A stretch of DNA of 64,000 bases from Longimicrobiales bacterium (GTDB lineage: Bacteria; Gemmatimonadota; Gemmatimonadetes; Longimicrobiales; Gaopeijiaceae). How positions within the stretch are numbered: position 1 is the first letter of the stretch; each line of letters begins with the position of its first letter. A program made the position numbers and the translations under genes. The stretch spans positions 1,184,001 to 1,248,000 of the forward strand of contig CBDCNQ010000005.1 in assembly GCA_965219445.1 (NCBI GenBank), in the 5' to 3' direction. Positions 9,490 through 18,631 of this stretch are shown here, one piece after another. Under the pieces are notes generated by a model. The model was given only the letters and a program-made list of their open reading frames with translations. It was not told where the DNA came from and did no database searches.

Positions 9490-10691
9490 GAATACTCTGA
9501 ATAAGTCGGTCCCTGGGACATTAGATTTACGGGGCGGGAGTTCAAGGGCTGAGCGGGACGATCGGGGAGGCGGACGATGGAGCAGGTGACATTCGCGGAT
9601 GTGGAGTACGAGGGGAAGAAGCGGCGGACGCGGCGGGAGCTGTTTCTGGAGCGGATGGAGGCGCTGATTCCGTGGGAGCGTCTGGAGGCACGGATTCGGC
9701 CGTTGTATCCGAAGGCGGGCCGGGGGCGGCAGCCGTACCCGTTGGCGGCGATGCTGAGGATTCACTGCGTGCAGCTGTTCTACAACCTGAGCGACCCGGG
9801 GATGGAGGACATGCTGTACGAGATCGAGTCGGTGCGGCGGTTCGCGGGGCTGCGTTTGACGGGTCCGCTGCCGGACGAGACGACGATTCTGAACTTTCGG
9901 CACCTGCTGGAGCGACACGGGCTGGGGCGTGGTTTGTTCGAGGATATCAACGCGCACCTGGCGGAGCGGGGCTACCGGGTGCGGGCGGGGACGATCGTGG
10001 ACGCGAGCATCATCGCGGCGCCGTCATCGACGAAGAACCGGGAGGGGGCGCGGGATCCGGAGATGCATCAGACGAGGAAGGGCAACGAGTGGCACTTCGG
10101 GATGAAGGCGCACATCGGGGTGGACGCGGAGACGGGACTGGTGCATGGCGTGCGGGCGACGCCGGCGAACACGCACGATCTTCGGGAGGCGGGGGCGTTG
10201 CTTCACGGCGGCGAGGAGGAGGTGTGGGCGGACGCGGGCTACCGGGGGATCGAGAAGTGGGTGGACACGGGAGGCCGTCCGGTGCAGTGGCATGTGGCGA
10301 TGAGACCGGGGCGGCGGCGGCTCCTGGAGCAGGGCGGGGCGCGGTGGCTGCGCGAGCGGGACAAGGCTTCGGTGCGGGCAAAGGTGGAGCACCCGTTCCT
10401 GTATGTGAAGCGGCGCTTCGGTTACCGGAAGGTTCGCTACCGCGGGCTGGCCAAGAACATAGAACGGATCGCGCTGCTCCTGGGCTTCGCGAACCTGCTC
10501 GTGGCGGGCCGCTATTCGACGGCGTGAGCGGCCGGCGCGGGAAACATCCGCCCACGCGGGGCGCAACGAGGGGATCATCGGCCAGAACATGCCGGTTTGG
10601 CGCATTTTCAGCCCGTCATCGCCCCCAAGACCGCTGAAACCGGCTCCCTCCGTCCCGCACCGCCCCCAGAAGGGCCTTGCTCAGAGCTTCC
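9490..10691 (+). mobile_element. IS5-family insertion sequence, complete (1202 bp)
   Basis: CTAG target duplication (9486-9489, 10692-10695); imperfect 16-bp TIRs GAATACTCTGAATAAG / GGAAGCTCTGAGCAAG. Confidence 0.92.
9577..10527 (+). CDS. IS5-family DDE transposase
   Basis: TRRELFLERMEALIPW, PDETTILNFRHLLE, GTIVDASII, RDPEMHQTRKGNEWHFGMKAHIGVD, ADAGY, RAKVEHPF. Confidence 0.96.
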   Translation: MEQVTFADVEYEGKKRRTRRELFLERMEALIPWERLEARIRPLYPKAGRGRQPYPLAAMLRIHCVQLFYNLSDPGMEDMLYEIESVRRFAGLRLTGPLPDETTILNFRHLLERHGLGRGLFEDINAHLAERGYRVRAGTIVDASIIAAPSSTKNREGARDPEMHQTRKGNEWHFGMKAHIGVDAETGLVHGVRATPANTHDLREAGALLHGGEEEVWADAGYRGIEKWVDTGGRPVQWHVAMRPGRRRLLEQGGARWLRERDKASVRAKVEHPFLYVKRRFGYRKVRYRGLAKNIERIALLLGFANLLVAGRYSTA

Positions 10692-10766
10692 CTAGCGATC
10701 CCAAAATCGCGCGATGTGCGTATACTTGATCAACACCAGATCCTGGAAGAGCCGAGGTGATGGCCT

Positions 10767-11270
10767 ATGGACGAAGTACTTGGGTTCTCGTGCCGGGTCG
10801 CGAGGAGGCAGCTGGAGCGCGCGGGAGCACTCCTTGTCTCTCGGTTGAGCGAACTACTGGCAATGGAGCCGTGCCGCGTTGGCGAGTACCTCCGGATGGT
10901 CCCGAACACCACGGGCGTCTACCTGATCAGCGAGAAGGATACGGGATGCCTCTACACCGGGGTCTCCTTCGGGAAGCAGAACCGTCTCCGGGCGAGGATC
11001 GGACAACACCTCCCCGTTCCACCCAACCGGCCACGAAAAAACTCGGGTGCCATCCTAGCAGAGCGGATTGCTATGGAGATTGTAGGTCTGCCGTCCCAGA
11101 CGCCTCGGAAGAAGGTCTACGCAGACGAAGCGTTCCGCAACGAGTTCTGGAGGTTGCGCCACCGCGTAAGGAAGATGGACCTTCAGTACTTGGAAGTTGC
11201 CGATAAGCGGGAGGGTAAGGCGTTGGAGACGTTGGCGGTCCTCGTACTCCTACCCAGGTACAACTGGTGA
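10767..11270 (+). CDS. GIY-YIG-family nuclease
   Basis: GVYLI...LYTGVS...LRARIGQH with a late conserved E (ALET). Confidence 0.7.
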   Translation: MDEVLGFSCRVARRQLERAGALLVSRLSELLAMEPCRVGEYLRMVPNTTGVYLISEKDTGCLYTGVSFGKQNRLRARIGQHLPVPPNRPRKNSGAILAERIAMEIVGLPSQTPRKKVYADEAFRNEFWRLRHRVRKMDLQYLEVADKREGKALETLAVLVLLPRYNW

Positions 11271-11534
11271 GCGTGGGGTGGGCGTGCCGCCGCGTTGGGT
11301 TGCTCACACGACCCCGAATCAACGGTGTTGTCGCTGCGGTGAGGATGCCGGCCGCCCGCTTTTCCACGGCCTGACCGAACAGTTACGTCCGGCGACTTCC
11401 GATGCAGTCGCATGGATTCCAGCGCAGAATCGGGTATCTGAAGTGATACAACACTCAGTGCGATGTAAGCTAACCTATTGTGTCACAGACGGTTACGATT
11501 TCTTCCGTGCAGTCCATCATCGAGGAGGAATCGA

Positions 11535-12698
11535 ATGATGGCACGCACGAAACGAAGCCGGCACAGTTACGGCGCCGGCGAATGGGGCCGGAACCGGGTA
11601 CGGGTGTTTCCCGATCCCAAGACCGGCCTGCTCCAGATCGAGTGGCGCGAGAACGGGCGCAGGCTGAGCAAATCGCTCAAGCACCGCGACTGGGCACGGG
11701 CGAAGAGGCAGGCGGACGAGTTCGCCGCAGGCTTCGCCGGGCCGGAGATCGGGGGCGGAGCGGAAGCCGAGCCCGAGCCGCTCACCCTGGAGACGCTTTT
11801 TGACATCTACGGTGAAGAGGTGACGCCCACCAAGGGCAGGCAATCGCGGCGGCACGACAGGGCCGCGATGCGGATGTTCCTTGGGTTCTTCGGACGGGAC
11901 CGCAGCCCGGCAACGCTCTCCCAGCGCGACTGGGACAGGTTCATCAGGGAACGACGGGCGGGCCGGGTCGGCCCGAGCGGAAGGCCCGTATCGGATCGAA
12001 CAATCCAACAGGACCTGAAGCTACTGCTGGCGATCCTCAACTGGGCCGCGAAGTCGAGGGACGAGCAGGGCCGCCTGCTCCTCGATTCGAACCCGCTGCA
12101 GGGTCTGAAGACGCCCAAGGAGAAGAACCCGACCCGGGTCGTCCTCGTGGAGGAGGAATACCAGGCGCTTCTAGAGGTGTCCCGCCAGGTCGACTGGCGG
12201 TTTCGTGTCGCGCTCGTGCTCGCGCACGAGACGGGTCACCGCATCGGTGCCATCCGCCAGCTTCGGTGGTCGGACATCGACTTCGAAGAAAGAGTGGTGC
12301 GGTGGCGCGCGGAGCACGAGAAGTCGGGCTACGAACACCGGACGCCGGTGACCATCGAGGCGATCGTCGTCTTGGAAGAGGCGCGAAAGAGGAACCCTGG
12401 GATCGGCGACGCGCTTGTGTTACCCGCGCCCGGGAATCCTTCGACGTGCGTGCGCTCCGGGCGGGCGCGCTCCTGGTGGAGGAGAGCGGAGAGGCTCGCG
12501 GGGCTGGAGCCGAAGCACCGCAGAGGCTGGCACTCGCTGAGGCGGAAGTTCGCTTCGGACCTCATGGACCAGCCGCTCAAGGTGCTGTGCGAGCTTGGGG
12601 GCTGGAAGACGGCCAGAACAGTGCTCCAGTGCTACCAGCACGCCGACGAGGACCAGCTCAGGAACGCGCTCGACAACCGCCGCAGAGTTCGGGCCTGA
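11535..12698 (+). CDS. Tyrosine recombinase/integrase (non-P4 type), intact
   Basis: GAGGAGG RBS; ETGHRIGAIRQLRWSDID, K, HSLRR, LGGW, CY catalytic pattern. Confidence 0.92.
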   Translation: MMARTKRSRHSYGAGEWGRNRVRVFPDPKTGLLQIEWRENGRRLSKSLKHRDWARAKRQADEFAAGFAGPEIGGGAEAEPEPLTLETLFDIYGEEVTPTKGRQSRRHDRAAMRMFLGFFGRDRSPATLSQRDWDRFIRERRAGRVGPSGRPVSDRTIQQDLKLLLAILNWAAKSRDEQGRLLLDSNPLQGLKTPKEKNPTRVVLVEEEYQALLEVSRQVDWRFRVALVLAHETGHRIGAIRQLRWSDIDFEERVVRWRAEHEKSGYEHRTPVTIEAIVVLEEARKRNPGIGDALVLPAPGNPSTCVRSGRARSWWRRAERLAGLEPKHRRGWHSLRRKFASDLMDQPLKVLCELGGWKTARTVLQCYQHADEDQLRNALDNRRRVRA

Positions 12699-12705
12699 AC
12701 CCAAT

Positions 12706-12730
12706 TAGCGGGAATCAATTGGCGGGAATC
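12706..12730 (+). repeat. Tandem T(A/G)GCGGGAATC pair, putative integrase arm-binding sites
   Basis: 11-mer twice at 14-bp period right after the integrase stop; same pair at 23000-23024. Confidence 0.65.
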
Positions 12731-12737
12731 CGGCACG

Positions 12738-14072
12738 TCACGCTCGTAAGTTCAATGCGGGCAAAAGGATGCACATCTGCCACCGCATGCCCGCAAGGCC
12801 TTCGTCAACTGCTGTTCTAACGCGGTCATAGAGCTCCTTCACTCGTTCGACAGCTTCACGGCCGGCCGAGTGTCCACGGTCCAGGGCGGATAGGCGAGCG
12901 CGCCGGCCGGCAGCACCACGAACCGCTCCCCCTCGATCTCCCGAAGCGCGATCCCCCAAGTGCCCGTCTCGAGCCGCTCCAGGGTCTGGCGTGCCTCCCC
13001 GATATCCAGGTCGAGGGCGGCGGCCGTCTCGATCCGGGCCTCGATGCGCGTCGACAGCCAGTGCAGCGTCGCCCAGCTCCCGCCACAGATGCCGAGCCAG
13101 AGGCTCAGGCCGACCACCAGGGGCCGGAGCCAGGCCTTGAGCAGCAGCGCGCGCATCCGCCGGGTCGCCTCCACCGTATCGCGTTCGATGGTACGCAACG
13201 CGTTGCTCGCGACGCGCCGCGAGTTCTCTCCGAGCCGCTCGAGCTCGCTCGCCGTCAGTTCCTCGATCGCCTCGCGTTCGGTCTCCAGCCGTCTCCGCAG
13301 CCGCTCGGTCAAATCGTTCGCGCTCGAAGTCTTCTGCATACAGCTCTCCTTTCAGCCGCCACCGGTCCCCGGTCTCGGGGTCCAGCGCCGTGATGTAGTC
13401 CTTGCCCTGGCGCGGCACCTCCAAGCCCGCTTCCTGCAACGCGGCGACGACATCGGCCCGGTTCCGCACCGTGCCGTGCTCGACGCGCTGGAGCAGGTAA
13501 TCCCGGATCAGGTCGCGGGGCTCGGACTCCAGCCCGAGGCCGGTCCTGAGCCGCGCCGCCTCGACGTAGGCGCGGTGACCGGGGTGCTGCACCCTGGCCC
13601 GCGCCGGGTCGTCCGGCCGGCTCCAGCCGTGTTCGGCGTTGAAGGCGTCGCGGAGCGGGTCGAACGTCTTCCGCCACCCGGGGGGCGCGATGTTGAGGCT
13701 CCGGCCGGTCTCCAGGTCGCACCGCGCGGCCAGGACATGCACGTGAGCGCCGCCGCCGCGCTCGCGGTGCAGCACGGCGGCCCAGGCGTAGCGGTCGGGT
13801 TCGAGCCCGGCCCAGGCCGTCTGCTCGAAGTCATCGAGAACCGCGCCGATCTCGGCGTCGGTCGGCTCGTCGTCCGGCGCCCAGGCGATCACGCCCGAGG
13901 TGTACTTGTGCTCGAACGCCAGCGCGTCGGCCACCGCAGCCACTTGATGGGGATTCCCCCGCAGCACCTCGACGCCCTCGCGCGGCTGTCCGGTCGCGTC
14001 CCGCTCCCCGAGGAGGTAGTCGGCCGCGTCCCGCGCCGCGCCGGTTCCGCGGGCCAAGAACTTAATGTGCAT
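12738..14072 (-). CDS. MbeA/MobA-like relaxase (ColE1-related MOB_P), probably C-terminally truncated
   Basis: MHIKFLARGTG...DYLLG...VEVLRGNP...KYTSGV...GLEPDRY...H-x7-HVH, collinear with the ColE1 MbeA N-terminus. Confidence 0.9.
   Translation of the reverse strand: MHIKFLARGTGAARDAADYLLGERDATGQPREGVEVLRGNPHQVAAVADALAFEHKYTSGVIAWAPDDEPTDAEIGAVLDDFEQTAWAGLEPDRYAWAAVLHRERGGGAHVHVLAARCDLETGRSLNIAPPGWRKTFDPLRDAFNAEHGWSRPDDPARARVQHPGHRAYVEAARLRTGLGLESEPRDLIRDYLLQRVEHGTVRNRADVVAALQEAGLEVPRQGKDYITALDPETGDRWRLKGELYAEDFERERFDRAAAETAGDRTRGDRGTDGERARAARRELAARREQRVAYHRTRYGGGDPADARAAAQGLAPAPGGRPEPLARHLWRELGDAALAVDAHRGPDRDGRRPRPGYRGGTPDPGAARDGHLGDRASGDRGGAVRGAAGRRARLSALDRGHSAGREAVERVKELYDRVRTAVDEGLAGMRWQMCILLPALNLRA
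12839..13339 (-). CDS. MbeB-like mobilisation protein overprinted in the relaxase gene
   Basis: Alternative-frame ORF with coiled coil, one TM helix and WGI...GERFVVLP; same nested layout as ColE1 mbeB. Confidence 0.7.
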   Translation of the reverse strand: MQKTSSANDLTERLRRRLETEREAIEELTASELERLGENSRRVASNALRTIERDTVEATRRMRALLLKAWLRPLVVGLSLWLGICGGSWATLHWLSTRIEARIETAAALDLDIGEARQTLERLETGTWGIALREIEGERFVVLPAGALAYPPWTVDTRPAVKLSNE

Positions 14073-14400
14073 CGGGATCGGGGTCTCCGACGGGGGCCAG
14101 TGCCCGGAGCGCCCGCTCGATGGGGACCAGGTGGACGATCACCTCGACGGCCTCGGCCGCCCCCTTGTGGGTATTCGCCCACCGGGCGATCTGGTTGAGA
14201 TTGTTGCCGATGCGGGAGACCTGCCGGGTGCGCTCGCGCTCGACCTCGGCCGCCGGGGCCGTCCACGTCCGCGTGCGCGCCATCGCCCGGCGTATCAGCG
14301 CCGACAGGGGCACGCCGCCGGCCGCGGCCTTGGCCCGCCAGTCGGCGAACTCGGTCGGCGAAACGCGGACGGCGACCATGACCGTGCGGCGCTTAGCCAT
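14062..14400 (-). CDS. mobC: MobC/MbeC relaxosome accessory protein
   Basis: RHH-like N-terminus (VAVRVSPTE...LSALIRR) and RIGNNLNQIARWAN; overlaps the relaxase start. Confidence 0.92.
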   Translation of the reverse strand: MAKRRTVMVAVRVSPTEFADWRAKAAAGGVPLSALIRRAMARTRTWTAPAAEVERERTRQVSRIGNNLNQIARWANTHKGAAEAVEVIVHLVPIERALRALAPVGDPDPDAH

Positions 14401-14466
14401 CGGGATGCGCCGCCACGGAGGGAAGGGGGGCGACGCCCCGGCGCGCGAACTCCACCGGAGCGCGGG

Positions 14467-14545
14467 TCTCTTGGGGTTCGAAGGGGCGGAGTCCCTCGCC
14501 AGCCCCTGTGTATGACACAGGGTAGGCTGGCTCTCGTGCCTTAGG
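14467..14545 (+). other. oriT of the mob region (copy 3)
   Basis: Upstream of mobC; GGGGTTCGAAGGGG..CCCTCGCCAGCCCCTG, hairpin CCCTGTGT/ACACAGGG, then GTAGGCTGGCT. Confidence 0.75.
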
Positions 14546-14963
14546 CGCGCCAAACACCCCCCGGCGCTGCGAACCTTGGGTCGTGGGAATCTCCATACCC
14601 GTACACGGAGAAGCCCGCACGGGGCCGTGTCAACAGCGCAAGAAGAGGCGTTGTCCGAGGGGTTCCAGCGCCGTCCCGAAGGGGAACGGGCCGCCGCCAG
14701 CGGCACCTCCATCGCTTCCCGAAGAGCCTGTTGGGGCGGCCGGTGGTGGCGGACCGGGTGTGTGCCTCAGGCCACACGCCGGAAGTCTGCTGCTGCTCCG
14801 ATTGACGGTACAGAGTCGAGCCGTGGCGATGCCGACCGCCGAGTCGGAACCTGCCCTCTGACAAGATCTCCGCCGGGAGCCGACGGGTGGTGTCTTCCGC
14901 GCCACTGGCGGAGACCTCCGCCGGCTCGCGTACGTTCCCGGACATCTACAGACAATACAAGCA

Positions 14964-15014
14964 CTTAGGAGATTTCCTAAGAGTTGACGCGCCCGAAAAC
15001 GGTGTTTCACCGTT
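14964..15014 (+). promoter_or_regulatory. Putative promoter with two palindromic operators upstream of the Cro-like/AlpA genes
   Basis: CTTAGGA-4-TCCTAAG (14964-14981), TTGACG (14984), AACGGTG-3-CACCGTT (14998-15014). Confidence 0.5.
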
Positions 15015-15020
15015 ACGGGC

Positions 15021-15302
15021 ATGAAGACGCTGGAGCAGCAGTTCAACACGCGGGTCAGCGCGTTCCTGGGGCGCACGGGCTTGAGCCCGACGGCGTTCGG
15101 CATGAGGGCGCTGGGAGACCCAAACCTGATGTGCCAGATCGGGCGAGGGCGTTCGCCGTCGCTGCGAACGGCGGATCGCGTTCTGGCGTTCATCTCCGAC
15201 TACGACCGGGAGTCGGGCGGCGCGCGGGACCACCGCCCCGCCTTTCCGGGTGCCGGAGGCCTTCGTCAACAGCGGGGAGATCGAGGAGGAGCAGAGCGAT
15301 GA
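15021..15302 (+). CDS. Small Cro/XRE-like HTH protein
   Basis: AFLGRTGLSPTAFG..ALGDPNL...GRSPSLRTADRVLAFI pattern of prophage/island HTH proteins. Confidence 0.75.
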   Translation: MKTLEQQFNTRVSAFLGRTGLSPTAFGMRALGDPNLMCQIGRGRSPSLRTADRVLAFISDYDRESGGARDHRPAFPGAGGLRQQRGDRGGAER

Positions 15303-15571
15303 GAGACCAAACGATGGACAAGAGAACGAACCCGCCGACCCGTTTCGTGCGGCTGCCCGAGGTGGTGGCCCGGACGGGCCTGTCGCGGAGCACGATCTAC
15401 GTGCGGCTGGCCGAGGGGTGCTTCCCCCAGCCGGTCCCCTTGGGCGCGCGGGCGGTGGGCTGGATCGAGTCGGAGGTGGACAACTGGATCCGCGAGCGGA
15501 TCGCCGAGAGCCGGGGCGAGGCCAGCCGTGCCGTCCACGCTCAGCCCTCACAGCGGCCTTTCGTCAGGTAA
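15299..15571 (+). CDS. alpA: AlpA-family regulator / recombination directionality factor
   Basis: FVRLPEVVARTGLSRSTIY...FPQPVPLGARAVGWIESEVDNWI. Confidence 0.93.
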   Translation: MRDQTMDKRTNPPTRFVRLPEVVARTGLSRSTIYVRLAEGCFPQPVPLGARAVGWIESEVDNWIRERIAESRGEASRAVHAQPSQRPFVR

Positions 15572-15911
15572 CGTAGTCGCTCCACGCCTGCATGACTTCG
15601 GCGCGGCGCTCCAGCAAGCCGAGTTCATGCAGCGCGTCGACCTGCTCGCGCTTGACCGAGGGCTGGAAGGCGAAGTCGAAGTCCGCCAGGGTCCTCACGC
15701 ACGGCAGCCGGCTGGAGCGCATCGCCGCCTCGAGGCGGCGGCTGTTGCGCAGGGTGATCTGACCCGCCAGCAGGCGCTCGACCGCTTCCGCGGCGGTCGT
15801 CCCGCCGCCTTCGACTCCGGCGAGGATCTCATCCAGCGCTTCCAAGGTGCCCGGCATCTTGAGGTCGGCGAGCTGGGCGGCGATGCGTTCCCGGCGCGAC
15901 GGAGGTCTCAC
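15564..15911 (-). pseudogene. istB: IstB N-terminus fused in frame to the last ~17 codons of a P4-like integrase
   Basis: LKMPG...RLEAAMRSSRLP..TLADFDFAFQPS...LHELG, then LLERRAEVMQAWSDYVT* (compare LLDRRAEVMQAWSEYVT at 7515-7565); Walker A absent. Confidence 0.85.
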
Positions 15912-16948
15912 GATCCGCCTCCCGCGATCCGGGCGTACTCGGCCAGCGGGCGGTACTCGACGTCCACGAGCGGAAGGACCACCGCCTCGGCAGCCCGGCC
16001 CGGCGCCGCCTCCACGGGCCGGGGGGCCACTGGACGGTAAGTCCAAGGGGCCAAAGGCATCAGGTGAGGCCGCTCTGCCTCGAACCGCCGGGCCGGACGC
16101 TCCTTCAGGGTCCCGTGGATCCGGACGTTCGCCACGGTGTCGAGCCACTGCACGACCTGGGCGTTCAGATCGTCGTCCGACGCGAAGCTGCGACCGTAGA
16201 AGAAGTTCTTCCGTAATGTAGCTGACCAGGCGTTCCACCTTGCCCTTGGTCTGGGCCCGGTACGGGCGGCACGCCCGGATGCGGAAGCCCAGTGCATGCT
16301 GAAGCGCAGGAACTCCGGGTTCTCGGCCAGCCGCCCGCCCTCGTCGCGCCGGTCGCCGAGGACCACGGCCTTCATCTGGTCGAACAGAAGCTCCGAGGGC
16401 ACGCCGCCGAAGGACCGGAAGGCCGACTCCAGCCCCCGCATCACCGCGACCATCGTCTGCCGCTCGTAGTACTGCAGCCACATGTAGCGCGAGTAGCCCA
16501 GCACCACGATCAGCGCGTGCCGCTTGCCCCACGGCAGCCGGAACTCCGCGAAGTCCACCTGCGCCTGGTGGCCCGGCGGCGTCTCGAACCGCCGCACCGG
16601 CTCCTCCGGAGCCCGGGGCTGAACCTCGCGGACGTACCGCTTCACCTGGCCGTAGCCGCCCGGATAGCCCGCCGCCCGAACCTCGTCGAACAGGCGTGCG
16701 GCACTGAGCTCGGGATACTCGGCCAGACGGGCGTTGATGATCTCTTTGTACGGATCAAGCTTCGAGGACCGCCCGCGCCTCGGCCCGTATCTTACAGCCT
16801 CGCCGTCCAACTCCCGGTCCAGCTGTCCCGCCGCGATCCAGCGGTGCACCGTCCGCCGGTTGATGCCGAGCTGCCGCGCGATGGCGGACTTGCTCATCCC
16901 CTGCTCCAAATAGTGCCGCAACAGCACCCGCGTCTCTCTCCCGATCAT
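15908..16948 (-). pseudogene. istA: IS21-family transposase IstA with two compensating frameshifts (~16290 and ~16217)
   Basis: N-terminal HTH, SKLDPYK, RFETPPGHQAQVDF, LFDQMK; the conserved CRPYRAQTKGKVE motif is present but in another frame. Confidence 0.88.
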
Positions 16949-17078
16949 TACGCCTCCACCGCTCAGTGAAGACGCCAACGTATCAACTCCGCCGAAGACG
17001 CCTGGAGTGCCGTGACGGCGGGCTTGCAGCCTATGGCTTGCGACTTCCACCGGCGAGATACGTGGCCCGGGTGTTTCG

Positions 17079-17282
17079 TCATTGGTTGAGGAGTTGCCTG
17101 ATGGGACACCTATTGACCCGACCTCCCACCGTTGCCGCACTCGGCGAGACCGACACCGTCGCAATTGCGTCGAGAGGGTCAGGGCCGGTCGGCCCAGAGG
17201 ATTCTGATCCACTGCACGCGCCTACAAGAAGGCTCCCTGCGACAGCGATTCCTGTGGTCCAGCTTGGAACCTGGCCCATCAC
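17079..17282 (-). pseudogene. 5' fragment of a lipoprotein with the start of an Ig-like domain, cut by the IS21 element
   Basis: LLVGAC lipobox, GPTGPDP linker, IATVSVSPSAATV; ORF ends inside the IS leader. Confidence 0.5.
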
Positions 17283-17772
17283 ACGCCCCCTTCGCCGAGC
17301 TCACGCTCGATCGTGTAGCGGCCCTCGAGGGCAGCGTTCAGGCGGATGATGGGATCGGACACGGGCGCACTCCGGGATCAGACCGAGGTCAACATCCGAG
17401 AGCGGGCCGGTAGGCGCAAGCAGAAGCCCGTCAGACGCCTACAAACACGTCCTGAGCGTCTTCGGGCTTTGGGGTAGGCTGGAGCGTCCTCGTGGCTTAG
17501 AGGGCCGTTATTGGCTCGCTGATCCGTAGGCGACTACAGCAGCACCAATGGCAGCCCCAGCGCGAAGATCCCCGACACGATGAGCACGCTCACGAAGCCG
17601 CGCTCCACCTCCAAGTTTTCCGCGTTAGCAGCACTCGCTTGCGCGCTCTTGATTTCGGGGGGTTGATAGGTGTTTGGCGGTACAGCCCATCCCCACTGCG
17701 GATTGTCGCTCTCCGACCGTCCTTGGGCGCTAGCGGCGGCAACGACGAAGTCCATCGGAGGTCCCGTCGCGA

Positions 17773-18600
17773 TTAGGTGGGTCTCGTGAATTGCGCGATC
17801 GTGCCTTGCAGATGGGTTTCGGACATCCCGACGGCCGCGGAGATCTCCCCGATGAGGTTCTTCTCCTCTTCGGCCACAGCACCGTCCGCAAGCGCCACCA
17901 TGAGCGCCGCCTTGACGACAATCTCCTTCCCTTCATCGTTGAGATGAGGCGACAATGCAGTGAGGGAGGCTAGGAGGTCCACCCCCCCTGACTGTGCGAC
18001 TGCCGCCTCAGCTCGAATCGCGTCTTCCGGAAGTTCAACGCCCGTCAATTGCTGATAGACCGCGGCGATCGTCGACACCTCATCGTCACCAACGCTGCCA
18101 TCGGCCAGCATCATTCTCATCATGGCAAGCCTGATGGCCTGTTCGAACTCCGCCGTCACCTCCTCCGCTGTCTTCCTGCCGGAGCCCATTCCGAAGGCGG
18201 TCACCATCCCGAGCCCAAAGAAGATGAAGTCCATTGGGGCGAAGCTTCCGAGAAACCCCCCTTGGGAGATCGCTGCCCGGATCTCCGGCAGGCTCGCTTC
18301 GACGTTTGCTCGTGTTTCCGCCTCCTTTCCCCGGCGGAACGTAGCGCGCTCGTCATCGCTCCATTCGCTCCAGCGTGGACCCGCCTCGGCCCATACCGCG
18401 GGGGGATAGTCCGACTGACTTGACGCGTTGGCCGGATCGACCCCCTGCGGCCAGACCATCTCACGGCCGGCGGATTGGAACTCGCCTGCAACGTCGTCTG
18501 CGAGGAACGAGACGACATACTCCTCGTCGTCGAAGCGCTCTGTGAACATGCCGACCAGCTCGGCGTCGCTCGGCATGAGCATTTCGACAGCGGCGTACTC
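17773..18600 (-). pseudogene. TerB-domain membrane protein, probably 5'-truncated
   Basis: MMLADGSVGDDE...VALADGAVAEEE TerB acidic motifs after a TM segment; the apparent N-terminus of the ORF is translated tRNA/att sequence. Confidence 0.7.
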
Positions 18601-18631
18601 GATTCGAACCGGCGACCCCCTGAACCCCATT
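18601..18631 (-). other. tRNA-Pro(GGG) fragment (anticodon loop to T loop), att-site remnant
   Basis: Minus strand AATGGGGTTCAGGGGGTCGCCGGTTCGAATC; no D arm or acceptor stem; flanked by AT-richer att-arm-like DNA (18632-18830). Confidence 0.75.

Larger units (their letters stand above)
6213..11521 (+). mobile_element. Putative 5.3-kb integrative element (P4-like integrase, two cargo genes, orphan oriT, IS5, GIY-YIG)
   Basis: Perfect 16-bp direct repeat CGTGCAGTCCATCATC at 6213-6228 and 11506-11521; shared arm-like motif AAGTGATACA(A)C-CTCAG at 6383-6399 and 11441-11458; integrase next to the left repeat. Confidence 0.7.

Noticed and set aside
12767..12780. GGATGCACATCTGC as an inverted copy of the GCAGATCGTGCAGTCC site (invertible integrase)
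   Set aside because: Needs two indels in 16 bp; plausible by chance.
16200..16300. Programmed frameshifting in istA
   Set aside because: Two opposite single-base shifts with no slippery heptamer; indel errors or decay are more likely.
17534..17755. 73-aa ORF with hydrophobic tail
   Set aside because: No recognisable motif; may be a fragment or spurious.
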